Source: Deferrisoma camini S3R1 (GTDB lineage Bacteria; Desulfobacterota; Deferrisomatia; Deferrisomatales; Deferrisomataceae). From it: a stretch of DNA of 32,000 nt. The notes below the pieces were generated by a model. The model ran no database searches, was not told the origin of the DNA, and worked only from the letters and a program-made list of their open reading frames with translations. Positions within the stretch are counted from its first letter, which is position 1, and each line of letters opens with the position of its first letter. The translations under genes were made by a program, and so were the position numbers. Location: assembly GCF_000526155.1 (NCBI RefSeq), contig NZ_JAFN01000001.1, forward strand, positions 112,824-144,823. Reading direction: 5' to 3'. Below, piece after piece: positions 1-8,479 of this stretch.

Positions 1-261
1 TTGGAGGTGGACGCGGCCGGGCTCGACCGGATGGACCGGCGGCTCCTGGCCGCGGTGATCGACCGGTTCAAGGGGGGGCCCGTGGGCATCGACAGCCTGG
101 CGGCCGCGGTGGGCGAGCAGAAGGACACCCTGGAGGACGTGTACGAGCCGTACCTGATCCAGCAGGGGTACCTGGCCCGCACCGCCCGGGGCCGGGTGGC
201 CCTCGAGAAGGCCTACGAGCACCTGGGCCGGCCGCTCCCCGCCCAGGGGAGGCTGTTCTGA
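1..261 (+). CDS. ruvB: Holliday junction branch-migration helicase RuvB, C-terminal fragment (5' end lies outside the window)
   Basis: The frame is open from base 1. The tail [58 protein letters not shown] matches the conserved C-terminal winged-helix domain of RuvB (from memory). Stop TGA at 259-261. Confidence 0.85.
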   Translation: MEVDAAGLDRMDRRLLAAVIDRFKGGPVGIDSLAAAVGEQKDTLEDVYEPYLIQQGYLARTARGRVALEKAYEHLGRPLPAQGRLF

Positions 262-1196
262 TGGGCCGCCGTTGGGGGTGGGGGCTGGCGGCGGTGTGGA
301 TCGCGGCCGCGGCCGCCTGGGCGGCCCCGCCCCCGGACCACAAGCAGCTCTTCTCGGGCACCTGGTTCCACGCCCCGGTGGCCGACGACGACTGCACGGT
401 GTGTCACACCATCCACCGGGACCCGGTGGGGCCCAACCTCCAGGCGCCGGTGCCGGACCTGTGCTACGGCTGCCACGAAAACATGGCGGCCCGGGACGAG
501 GTGCACGAGCCGGTGGGGGAGGGCCGGTGTACCGACTGCCACCGGGTGCACACGAGCGACCAGCGAAAGCTCCTGGTCAAGCGGGTGCCGGACCTGTGCT
601 ACCGCTGCCACCCGGTGGACAAGGAGCACGTGGCCCGCAACACCCTGTGCACCTCGTGCCACGAGGTGCACTCCTCCGACACCGCCCGGTTCCTCAAGGG
701 CGAGCGCACCCGCAACTGCGGCCGGTGTCACGCCGACAAGCGCCGGGGGGAGACCGTGCACCGCCCGGCCCGGGAGGGGAAGTGCCTGATGTGTCACTTC
801 ACCCACCCCGACCCCAGGTTCCAGAACCGGGGGCTGCGGGCCGGGTTCCCGCGCACGGCGTACGCGCGGTACGAGAAGGGGGCCTACGCCCTGTGCGACC
901 GGTGCCACCCTCCGGAGCTCCACGCCGACCCCGGCTTTCTGGGCACCCGGTTCCGGACCCGCACCGACAACCTCCACGCCCGCCACGTGCAGGGCGAGCG
1001 CGGGGTGACCTGCTCCGAGTGCCACGACGTGCACGCCTCGGACCGGCCCGCCTTGGTGGTGCCGTGGGTTCGGCTGCCCGAAAAGGAACCGGTGCCCATG
1101 GGGTTCATCCGGTTCAGCACGGGGGGCACCTGCGGCCCGTCGTGCCACGACACGGCCACCTATGTCCGGGAGGCCCCGGAGGAGGAGCTGCGGTGA
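261..1196 (+). CDS. Periplasmic multihaem c-type cytochrome (9 CXXCH plus 1 CX3CH)
   Basis: ATG 261 shares its A with the ruvB stop (TGATG). Hydrophobic signal-like N-terminus (WGLAAVWIAAAAAWA). Nine CXXCH motifs: CTVCH, CYGCH, CTDCH, CYRCH, CTSCH, CGRCH, CLMCH, CDRCH, CSECH. One additional CGPSCH. Several motifs sit in the paired CXXCH..H arrangement typical of Geobacter/Shewanella-type multihaem cytochromes. Confidence 0.85.
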   Translation: MGRRWGWGLAAVWIAAAAAWAAPPPDHKQLFSGTWFHAPVADDDCTVCHTIHRDPVGPNLQAPVPDLCYGCHENMAARDEVHEPVGEGRCTDCHRVHTSDQRKLLVKRVPDLCYRCHPVDKEHVARNTLCTSCHEVHSSDTARFLKGERTRNCGRCHADKRRGETVHRPAREGKCLMCHFTHPDPRFQNRGLRAGFPRTAYARYEKGAYALCDRCHPPELHADPGFLGTRFRTRTDNLHARHVQGERGVTCSECHDVHASDRPALVVPWVRLPEKEPVPMGFIRFSTGGTCGPSCHDTATYVREAPEEELR

Positions 1197-1633
1197 GGCG
1201 GGCGGCGGTCTGGGCGATCTGGGCGATCCTGGCCGGCGCCCTTGCGGCCGGCGCGGCCGACCGGGTGGACTCGGGACCGGTGTTCCGGTACCTGGGGGCC
1301 AAGTGGTGCAAGCCCTGCCACAACCGCAACAGCCCCAACCCCAAGCTGCGGGTGTTCCACGGGTGGGAGGGCTCGGCCCACGCCAAGGCCTGGGAGGTGC
1401 TGCCGGACGAGGACAAGGACAACCCCGTGTGCCTGCGGTGCCACACCACGGGGTACGGTCTGCCCCGCCGGGCCGACACCCGCCCCGAGGACCTGCGGGG
1501 CGTGCAGTGCGAGGCCTGCCACGGCCCGGGGAGCCACTACTTCCCCTGGCGGATCATGAAGGACCCCGTGGTCTCCCGGGAGCGGGGCCTGGTGATCCCG
1601 GACCGGGACGTGTGCATGCGGTGCCACTGGTGA
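1193..1633 (+). CDS. Tetrahaem c-type cytochrome, cytochrome c554-like family
   Basis: GTG 1193 overlaps the upstream stop (GTGA), in frame with the tail of track ORF 272..1633. Signal-like N-terminus (AAVWAIWAILAGALAAGAA). Four CXXCH motifs: CKPCH, CLRCH, CEACH, CMRCH. The strings WEGSAHAKAW, CLRCHTTGYG and CEACHGPGSHY resemble the c554-type multihaem family (from memory). Confidence 0.8.
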   Translation: MRRAAVWAIWAILAGALAAGAADRVDSGPVFRYLGAKWCKPCHNRNSPNPKLRVFHGWEGSAHAKAWEVLPDEDKDNPVCLRCHTTGYGLPRRADTRPEDLRGVQCEACHGPGSHYFPWRIMKDPVVSRERGLVIPDRDVCMRCHW

Positions 1634-1640
1634 GGAGGCC

Positions 1641-2750
1641 ATGATAGAGCCCAACGGGCCTGGCCCGACAGCCCCTCTCCGGCCTCCCCGGCGGCCCACC
1701 CGGCCGGTGCGGGTCGGCCCGGTGACGGTGGGGGGCGGTGCGCCCGTGTCGGTGCAGTCCATGACCAACACCGACACCCGGGACGTGGACGCCACCGTGG
1801 CCCAGATCGAGCGGCTGCGTGCGGCCGGGTGCGAGATCGTCCGGTGCGCCGTGCCCGACCAGGAGGCGGCCCGGGCGCTGGGGGAGATCCGTCGGCGGGT
1901 GCAGGTTCCGCTCATCGCGGACATCCACTTCGATCACCGGCTGGCCCTGGCCGCCCTGGAGGCCGGGGTGGACGGGCTCCGGCTCAACCCGGGCAACATC
2001 GGTGCCCGGTGGAAGGTCGAGGAGGTGGTGCGGGCGGCCCGGGAGCGGGCGGTGCCGATCCGGATCGGCGTGAACGCGGGCAGCCTGTCCAAGGAGTTGC
2101 TGGCCCGCCACGGAGGCCCCACCCCCCAGGCCCTGGTGGAGAGCGCGCTGGGGCACGTCCGGATCCTGGAGGACCTGGGGTATCGGGAGATCAAGGTGAG
2201 CCTCAAGGGCTCCCGGGTGCCCCACACGGTGGCGGCGTACCGGCTCCTGGCCGACCGGTGCGACTACCCGTTCCACGTGGGCATCACCGAGGCGGGCACG
2301 CCGCTGCGCGGAGCGGTCAAGAGCGGCGCGGGCCTGGGGATCCTGTTCTGGCTGGGCCTCGGCGACACCGTGCGGGTGAGCCTCACCGGGGACCCGGTGG
2401 AGGAGGTGCGGGTCGCCTGGTGGATCCTGGGCGCGCTGGAGCTGCGGCAGCGGGGCATCAACCTGATCTCGTGCCCCACCTGCGGCCGCACCCGGGTGGC
2501 CCTGGTCCGGCTCGCCACCGAGGTGGAGCGCCGGCTGGCCCACGTGCAGGCCCCCCTCACCGTGGCCGTGATGGGCTGCGAGGTGAACGGTCCCGGCGAG
2601 GCCCGGGAGGCCGACGTGGGGGTGGCCTGCGGCAAGGGAGTGGGGCTGCTGTTCCGCCGGGGCGAGGTGGTGAGGAAGGTCCCCGAGGCCGAGATCGTGG
2701 ACGCCCTCGTGGCCCTGGTAGAGGAGGATGCAGGGCGGCGCGGTGGTTAG
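1641..2750 (+). CDS. ispG: 4-hydroxy-3-methylbut-2-en-1-yl diphosphate synthase (IspG/GcpE)
   Basis: Full-length 369-aa ORF. Family strings PVSVQSMTNTDTRD, IADIHFD, LRLNPGNIG, SCPTCGRT and GCEVNGPGEAREAD. GGAGG lies just upstream of ATG 1641. Confidence 0.95.
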   Translation: MIEPNGPGPTAPLRPPRRPTRPVRVGPVTVGGGAPVSVQSMTNTDTRDVDATVAQIERLRAAGCEIVRCAVPDQEAARALGEIRRRVQVPLIADIHFDHRLALAALEAGVDGLRLNPGNIGARWKVEEVVRAARERAVPIRIGVNAGSLSKELLARHGGPTPQALVESALGHVRILEDLGYREIKVSLKGSRVPHTVAAYRLLADRCDYPFHVGITEAGTPLRGAVKSGAGLGILFWLGLGDTVRVSLTGDPVEEVRVAWWILGALELRQRGINLISCPTCGRTRVALVRLATEVERRLAHVQAPLTVAVMGCEVNGPGEAREADVGVACGKGVGLLFRRGEVVRKVPEAEIVDALVALVEEDAGRRGG

Positions 2751-2857
2751 AGGCGGCCAAGTCTCTTCCGTCCCTGAGGGCTCTTTCGTCCCTACAGCCC
2801 CAACGACGAGCGACCAAAGACTGACGACCAACAACCGAAGTTACACGGAGTGCACCC

Positions 2858-4579
2858 ATGGACCGGTATTCGACGTTGTTCTTGCCGACGCTTCGGGAGG
2901 ACCCGGCCGAGGCCGAGGTGGTGAGCCACCGGCTAATGTTCCGGGCCGGCATGATCCGAAAGCTGGCGGCCGGCATCTACTCCTACCTTCCCATGGGCCT
3001 GCGGGTGCTGAGGAAGGTGGAGCGGATCGTCCGTGAGGAGATGAACCGCGCCGGGGCCCAGGAGGTGCTGCTGCCCGCGGTGCAGCCGGCCGACCTGTGG
3101 AAGGAGTCGGGCCGGTGGAGCTACTACGGGCCGGAGCTCCTGCGGTTCGAGGACCGTAACGGCCGGGAGTGCTGCCTGGGGCCCACCCACGAGGAGGTGA
3201 TCACCGACCTGGTGCGGGGACAGATCCAGTCCTACCGCCAGCTCCCCGTGAACCTGTACCAGATCCAGACCAAGTTCCGGGACGAGATCCGGCCCCGGTT
3301 CGGCGTGATGCGGGCCCGGGAGTTCATCATGAAGGACGCCTACTCCTTCGACGCCGACGACGCCGGCGCCGAGGAGAGCTACCGGAAGATGTACGAGGCC
3401 TACCGCCGCATCTTCGCCCGGTGCGGCCTGGAGTTCGTGGCCGTGGAGGCCGACACCGGCGCGATCGGCGGCAGCTTCTCCCACGAGTTCATGGTGCTGG
3501 CCGACTCCGGCGAGGACTCGGTGGCCGCCTGCCGGGCCTGCGGGTACGGCGCCAACGTGGAGAAGGCCGAGGTGAGGCCGCCGGAGCGGCCCGGGGCCGG
3601 CTCCGAGCCCGGCGCCATGGAGCTGGTGGAGACCCCCGGGTGCCGCACCATCGAGGAGGTGTGCGCGTTCCTCGGGGTGGAGCCCCGGCACACGATCAAG
3701 ACCCTGCTGTTCGACACCGACAAGGGCACGGTGGCCGTGTGCGTGCGGGGGGACCACCAGGTCAACCCGATCAAGGTGAAGAACCTGGTCGACGCGAACA
3801 CGGCCGAGCTGGCCTCGGAGGAGGTGGTCCAGCGGGTCACGGGCGCGGCCGTGGGGTACGCGGGGCCGGTGGGGCTGTCGGTGCCGGTGTACCTGGACCA
3901 CGCCCTCCAGGAGGGGGTTGGGTACGTGGTGGGCGCCAACCGCTCCGACCACCACTACCGCAACGCGGTGGCCGGCCGGGACTTTCGGGTGGCCGGCTGG
4001 GCCGACCTGCGGGAGATCGAGGAGGGCGACCCCTGCCCCCGGTGCGGCGAGCCGGTCACGGTGCGCCGCGGCATCGAGGTGGGCCACATCTTCAAGCTGG
4101 GCACCAAGTACTCCGAGACCATGGGCGCCACGTTCCTGGACCGGGAGGGCAGGGAGCGGCCGTTCGTGATGGGGTGCTACGGCATCGGTGTGGGGCGCAC
4201 CGTGGCCGCGGCCATCGAGCAGAACCACGACGAGAACGGCATCGTGTGGCCGGTGCCCATCGCGCCCTGGGAGGTGCTGATCCTGCCGATCCGGCCCGGG
4301 GACGAGGCCACCGCCCGGGCGGTGGACCAGATCGCCGCCGGCCTGGAGGAGCGGGGGGTGGAGGTTTTGGTGGACGACCGGGACGAGCGGCCCGGCGTGC
4401 GGTTCAAGGACGCGGACCTGATCGGCGTGCCCCTGCGCATCACCCTGGGGCCCCGCGGCCTCAAGGAAGGGGTGGCCGAGGTCAAGGAGCGGGCCACGGG
4501 CGCCGAGCACCGGGTGCCGCTGGCCGAGGTGGCGGCCTGGGCTGCCGAGTGGGTCGAGGCCCGGAGGACCCCGGCGTGA
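2858..4579 (+). CDS. proS: Proline--tRNA ligase (bacterial type, with inserted editing domain)
   Basis: Full-length 573-aa ORF. Strings [43 protein letters not shown] and GCYGIGVGR. Length and middle insertion fit bacterial ProRS. Confidence 0.95.
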   Translation: MDRYSTLFLPTLREDPAEAEVVSHRLMFRAGMIRKLAAGIYSYLPMGLRVLRKVERIVREEMNRAGAQEVLLPAVQPADLWKESGRWSYYGPELLRFEDRNGRECCLGPTHEEVITDLVRGQIQSYRQLPVNLYQIQTKFRDEIRPRFGVMRAREFIMKDAYSFDADDAGAEESYRKMYEAYRRIFARCGLEFVAVEADTGAIGGSFSHEFMVLADSGEDSVAACRACGYGANVEKAEVRPPERPGAGSEPGAMELVETPGCRTIEEVCAFLGVEPRHTIKTLLFDTDKGTVAVCVRGDHQVNPIKVKNLVDANTAELASEEVVQRVTGAAVGYAGPVGLSVPVYLDHALQEGVGYVVGANRSDHHYRNAVAGRDFRVAGWADLREIEEGDPCPRCGEPVTVRRGIEVGHIFKLGTKYSETMGATFLDREGRERPFVMGCYGIGVGRTVAAAIEQNHDENGIVWPVPIAPWEVLILPIRPGDEATARAVDQIAAGLEERGVEVLVDDRDERPGVRFKDADLIGVPLRITLGPRGLKEGVAEVKERATGAEHRVPLAEVAAWAAEWVEARRTPA

Positions 4580-5304
4580 CCGCCCGGGACCGGATCTGGT
4601 TCGCCCTTGACACCCCCACGGCCGACGAGGCCCGGCACTGGGCTCGGCGGCTGCGGGGCGAGGTGGGCGGCCTCAAGGTGGGGCTGGAGCTGTTCGTGGC
4701 GGCCGGCCCCGGGCTGGTGCAGGACCTGGTGGCGGACGGCTGGCCGGTGTTCCTGGACCTCAAGTTCCACGACATCCCCAACACCATGGCCGGCGCGGCC
4801 CGGGCGGCGGGCCGCCTGGGGGTGCGGCTGGTGAACGTGCACGCCCTGGCGGGTCGGGCGGGGATGGCCCGGGCGGCCGAGGCCGCCCGGGAGGGGGCCC
4901 GGGAGGCCGGCGTGCCCGCGCCGCGGGTCCTGGCCGTCACCGTCTTGACCAGCCACGGCCCGGACGACCTGGAGGCCGTGGGCCTGGAGGGCCCTCCGGA
5001 GGAGGCCGTGCTGCGGCTGGCCGGGCTGGCCCGGCTGGCCGGGTGTGACGGGGTGGTGGCCTCGGCCCGGGAGGCCCCGGCGATCCGGGCGTCGTGGAGC
5101 GAGGCGGTCATCGTGACCCCGGGCATCCGACCCGCCGGGGCCCGACGGGGCGACCAGGCCCGGGTGACCACCCCGGCCGGGGCGATGGCGGCCGGGGCCG
5201 ATCACATCGTGGTGGGCCGGCCCATCCGGGAGGCGGCCGACCCCGTGGCAGCGGCCCGGGCCCTGGTGGCCGAGGTGGCCGAGGCCCTGGGGCGGGGGGC
5301 ATGA
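4576..5304 (+). CDS. pyrF: Orotidine 5'-phosphate decarboxylase
   Basis: GTG 4576 overlaps the proS stop (GTGA), in frame with the tail of track ORF 3169..5304. Strings [26 protein letters not shown] (catalytic D-x-K-x-x-D) and IVVGRPI. 242 aa. Confidence 0.9.
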   Translation: MTARDRIWFALDTPTADEARHWARRLRGEVGGLKVGLELFVAAGPGLVQDLVADGWPVFLDLKFHDIPNTMAGAARAAGRLGVRLVNVHALAGRAGMARAAEAAREGAREAGVPAPRVLAVTVLTSHGPDDLEAVGLEGPPEEAVLRLAGLARLAGCDGVVASAREAPAIRASWSEAVIVTPGIRPAGARRGDQARVTTPAGAMAAGADHIVVGRPIREAADPVAAARALVAEVAEALGRGA

Positions 5305-6032
5305 GCGACTGGGTGCTCGGACGGCGGGGGGTGCGCGAGCACCTCGTCCACGCCCCCGACACGGCCCGGGCCCTGTGGGTGGCCCGGGGGAGCCGGGTGC
5401 CCCGGAACGTGATCGCGGCCGCCGAGGGGCTGGGGCTGCCGGTGCGGCAGTGCGCCCGCCACGAGCTCACCGCCCGGGTGGGGTCCGAGCGCCATCAGGG
5501 CGTGGCCCTGGAGGTGGGGGGGTGGTCGTACGCCGACCCGGAAGACCTCTTGGCCCGGGTGGGGCAGGCTCCGGTGCCCCTGGTGGTGGCCCTGGACTGC
5601 GTCCAGGACCCCAGGAACCTGGGGGCGGTGCTCCGGGTCGTGGACGGGGTCGGAGCGGCCGGGGTGGTGATCCCCAAGGACCGGGCGGCCGGCCTGGGGC
5701 CGCTGGCGGCGCGGGCCGCGGCCGGTGCGGTGGCCACGGTGCCCGTGGCCCGGGTGGTCAACCTGGCCCGCACCCTGGACCGGTTTCGGGACGAGGGGCT
5801 CTGGGTGTACGGCGCGGCGGCCGAGGGCGACGACGTGTACTCCGTGGACCTGGACACCCCGGCGGTGTTGGTGCTGGGGGGCGAGCACGAGGGCATCCGG
5901 CCCAACGTACGCCGCCGGTGCGACCGCATGGTGTCGCTGCCCATGGGGGGAAAGGTGAGCTCCCTCAACGTGGCCGTGGCCTGCGGCGTGCTCTGCTACG
6001 AGTTCCTCCGTCGGCGGCGCAGGCGGGACTGA
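5301..6032 (+). CDS. rlmB: SpoU/TrmH-family RNA 2'-O-methyltransferase, RlmB-like
   Basis: ATG 5301 overlaps the pyrF stop (ATGA). 243 aa. Strings SERHQGVAL, DPRNLGAVLR, LVLGGEHEGIR and LPMGGKVSSLNVAVA match SpoU-class methyltransferases with the N-terminal substrate-binding domain. Confidence 0.8.
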   Translation: MSDWVLGRRGVREHLVHAPDTARALWVARGSRVPRNVIAAAEGLGLPVRQCARHELTARVGSERHQGVALEVGGWSYADPEDLLARVGQAPVPLVVALDCVQDPRNLGAVLRVVDGVGAAGVVIPKDRAAGLGPLAARAAAGAVATVPVARVVNLARTLDRFRDEGLWVYGAAAEGDDVYSVDLDTPAVLVLGGEHEGIRPNVRRRCDRMVSLPMGGKVSSLNVAVACGVLCYEFLRRRRRRD

Positions 6033-6073
6033 TACCGAGTTGCGTTCGAACAGAGATCCCTCTGGGGGGCTGG

Positions 6074-6322
6074 CTAGAGACTCGTGTCGCGTTTCCGAAA
6101 TCTCGTGGTTTTCCCAGGGGGTGGGGCTGGGGGCCCCGCCTTCGCTGAACGGCCTCGCAGGGGCCGCCTCGGCGCGGTCCGCTGCGGCGCGTCAGCGCTC
6201 GCGCCGCGGCCGCTCCCCTGGCGCCGGGCGGCCCGGGCTGCTCGGCCGTCGCGCTTCGTCGGAGCCCCCAGCCCCACCCACGCAATCCGCAAGCGTTTTT
6301 GCGGAACGGAACACTAGAGACT
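6074..6322. repeat. Palindromic MITE-like element or long structured hairpin, bounded by 9-bp direct repeats
   Basis: CTAGAGACT occurs at 6074-6082 and again at 6314-6322. A perfect 16-bp inverted repeat pairs GGGTGGGGCTGGGGGC (6119-6134) with GCCCCCAGCCCCACCC (6264-6279). The sequence between the arms is itself an imperfect palindrome, with a central hairpin GCGGCGCG-tcagcgct-CGCGCCGC at 6184-6207. All symmetry centres fall at about 6196-6199. No credible CDS lies inside. Confidence 0.4.
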
Positions 6323-6403
6323 AGACCATGCTTCCCGGGCCGTGAGGTGAAGGCGAAGAGGTGTGGTGGTTCCTAGAACGTGTGGGAATCCGGGAGGTTT
6401 TCA

Positions 6404-6438
6404 AGCCTTCTAGCCTTCCAGCCTCCCAGCCTTCTAGC
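6404..6438. repeat. 8-bp tandem repeat, about 4.4 copies (AGCCTTCT/AGCCTTCC/AGCCTCCC/AGCCTTCT/AGC)
   Basis: Read directly from the sequence. It lies 27 bp upstream of the GTG start of the TlpA-like gene. Confidence 0.8.
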
Positions 6439-6464
6439 GGAAGTCACATGGAGGCGGAGGTCGA

Positions 6465-7004
6465 GTGGGCGCACGCCGTAGGGTCTGGACCATCGCTCTG
6501 GTGCTCGTGGGGGTGGGGCTGTTCGCCGCAGGGTGCGGGGGCGGGGAACGCCGGCCCCGCCCCGGCCAGGCCCCGGGGTTTGCGATTTCCACCCTCGACG
6601 GAGACACGGTGCGGCTGGCCGACTACCCGGGCGCGGTGGTGCTCCTGGACTTCTGGGCCACCTACTGTGCACCGTGCAAACGGGTGCTGCGCCACGAGGT
6701 GGAGCTCCAGAAGAGGTACGGGCCGAAAGGGCTCCAGGTGATCTCGGTGGCCCTCGATCGCGACCCCGAGGCGGTGCGGGCCTACCTCCAGGAGAACCCC
6801 GTGAACTTCCCCGTGGCGCTCGCCAACGCGGAGATCCGGAAGGCCTACGGCGGGATCACCACCATCCCTTATATCGTGTTCATCGACCGGACCGGCCGCA
6901 TCCGCTACCGGAAGATCGGGTTCGTGCCCGGCGACGAGGCGGAGATCGAGCGGTGGGTGGCCCGGCTGGTGGACGAGGGCACCGCACCTCTCGTGGGGCC
7001 GTGA
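6465..7004 (+). CDS. TlpA/ResA-like thiol:disulfide oxidoreductase (thioredoxin fold), probable lipoprotein or membrane-anchored
   Basis: GTG start preceded by GGAGG with a 4-nt spacer. N-terminus VWTIALVLVGVGLFAAGCGGG is lipoprotein-like. Active site FWATYCAPCK (CXXC). AhpC/TSA-TlpA family layout. Confidence 0.8.
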   Translation: MGARRRVWTIALVLVGVGLFAAGCGGGERRPRPGQAPGFAISTLDGDTVRLADYPGAVVLLDFWATYCAPCKRVLRHEVELQKRYGPKGLQVISVALDRDPEAVRAYLQENPVNFPVALANAEIRKAYGGITTIPYIVFIDRTGRIRYRKIGFVPGDEAEIERWVARLVDEGTAPLVGP

Positions 7005-7119
7005 CCGGCGCTTTTCGATGGGCCGGCGGGCCCGGATCGGAATCTCCGATTTGACCCGATCGGCCGAACAGGCGCAGAACGTCCAACAGATCCCGAGGTT
7101 GGAGAAAGGAGGTGGAGAA

Positions 7120-7518
7120 ATGGGTGATCGGTTGGACCGCGCAGCGCCCTTGGACCTCGGCCCGACTCCGGAAGAGTCTGGAACCACGCCGGCGTTCCTC
7201 GTCCTCTCCGACGCGATCGGCGCCGAGCCCGAGCTGGGGCCGATCCTCATGCGCTCGTTCCTGTCTGCCGTGGCCCAGGCCGAGGCGAAGCCCGCACGGA
7301 TCCTGTTCCTGAACCGGGGCGTGCACCTCACCACCGAGGGGTCGCCGGTGCTGGACGTGCTCTCCGAGATCGAGCGGGCCGGGGTGGAACTGCTGTCCTG
7401 CGGGACCTGCTTGAAGTTCTTCGGCAAGCAGGAGGCCCTCCGGGTGGGTCGGGTCGGTACCATGCACGACACGGTGGAGACCCTGACCGGGCCCTACCGG
7501 GTCACCACCGTGACCTGA
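7120..7518 (+). CDS. YedF-like DsrE/DsrF-fold protein (sulfur/selenium-metabolism family), lacking the TusA/SirA-like N-domain
   Basis: ATG 7120 is preceded by GGAGAAAGGAGGTGGAG. The strings LVLSDAIGAEPELGPILMRSF, ILFLNRGVHLTTEGS and GVELLSCGTCLKFFG recall the C-terminal half of selenium-metabolism protein YedF (from memory). The longer 7018 start has no RBS. Confidence 0.55.
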   Translation: MGDRLDRAAPLDLGPTPEESGTTPAFLVLSDAIGAEPELGPILMRSFLSAVAQAEAKPARILFLNRGVHLTTEGSPVLDVLSEIERAGVELLSCGTCLKFFGKQEALRVGRVGTMHDTVETLTGPYRVTTVT

Positions 7519-7558
7519 CCCGGCATCTCGCGAGCCGCCCGCCAAGGAAGAGGTCTTT

Positions 7559-8479
7559 ATGCCCGAGCAGCTCAAGATCGGTCTGGCGCTGGGGAGCGGG
7601 TCGGCCCGGGGATGGGCGCACCTGGGGGTGATCCGCGAGCTGGAGCGCCGGGGCATCCGGCCCCAGGTGGTGGCCGGCACCTCCATCGGGGCCCTGGTGG
7701 GGGCGGCCTACGCCCTGGGCAAGACCCGGGACCTGGAGGCCTGGGTCCGGCGTCTGACCCGGTGGGACGTGATCCGGTTCCTGGACATCCGGCTGACGGG
7801 CGGCGGGCTGATCGAGGGGGAGCGGCTTCGGGATTTCTTCTTGCAGCACGTGGCCGACGCGCCGATCGAGTCGCTGCCCGTGGCGTTCGCGGCCGTGGCC
7901 ACCGACCTGCGCACCGGACGGGAGGTGTGGTTCCGCACCGGGTCGGTGGTGGAGGCGGTGCGGGCCTCGGTGGCCGTGCCCGGGCTGTTCACCCCGGCCC
8001 ACGTGGACGGGGCGTGGTACGTGGACGGGGGCCTCACCAACCCGGTGCCGGTGGCCGTGTGCCGAGCCCTGGGCGCCGACGCGGTGATCGCGGTGGACCT
8101 GAACGCCGACATCGTGAGCCGCCACGTCCGCCCCGACCGGGAGGAGGGGCTGCTGAGCCGGGGGCCGGTCACGGAGTGGGTGCGGCAGGCGGCCGCCCGG
8201 CTGCCCGAGGGCTTTCGGGACCGGGCGGGCCAGGTGCTCACCTCGGTTCTGGGCCCCAAGGATCGGCCCGGGATCGTGGAGACCGTGGTGGCCTCGGTGA
8301 ACATCATGCAGGCCCGGATCACCCGAAGCCGCATGGCCGGGGACCCCCCCGAGGTGCTGATCACCCCCCGGCTGGCCCACATCGGGCTCATGGAGTTCGA
8401 GCGGGGGGGCGAGGCGGTCAAGGAGGGCCGCGCGGCCGTCATCCGCGCGGCCGAGGCCCTGGAGGCCCTCATGGGGTGA
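7559..8479 (+). CDS. rssA: Patatin-like phospholipase, RssA-like
   Basis: Oxyanion motif GSGSARG. Nucleophile elbow GTSIG (GxSxG). Catalytic Asp context VDGGLTNPVP. Collinear with E. coli RssA as I recall it. Confidence 0.85.
   Translation: MPEQLKIGLALGSGSARGWAHLGVIRELERRGIRPQVVAGTSIGALVGAAYALGKTRDLEAWVRRLTRWDVIRFLDIRLTGGGLIEGERLRDFFLQHVADAPIESLPVAFAAVATDLRTGREVWFRTGSVVEAVRASVAVPGLFTPAHVDGAWYVDGGLTNPVPVAVCRALGADAVIAVDLNADIVSRHVRPDREEGLLSRGPVTEWVRQAAARLPEGFRDRAGQVLTSVLGPKDRPGIVETVVASVNIMQARITRSRMAGDPPEVLITPRLAHIGLMEFERGGEAVKEGRAAVIRAAEALEALMG

Noticed and set aside
213-5304. Long antisense or off-frame ORFs over the housekeeping genes (for example 213..1148 -, 272..1192 +, 1554..2834 -, 2933..4510 -, 3169..4575 +, 4177..5205 -).
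   Set aside because: These are shadow ORFs with Arg/Pro/Gly-rich translations. They overlap genes with unmistakable family motifs (cytochromes, IspG, ProRS, PyrF).
6404-6438. Possible CRISPR-like or other spaced-repeat array.
   Set aside because: The units are only 8 bp, directly adjacent with no spacers. No cas genes are present anywhere in the window.
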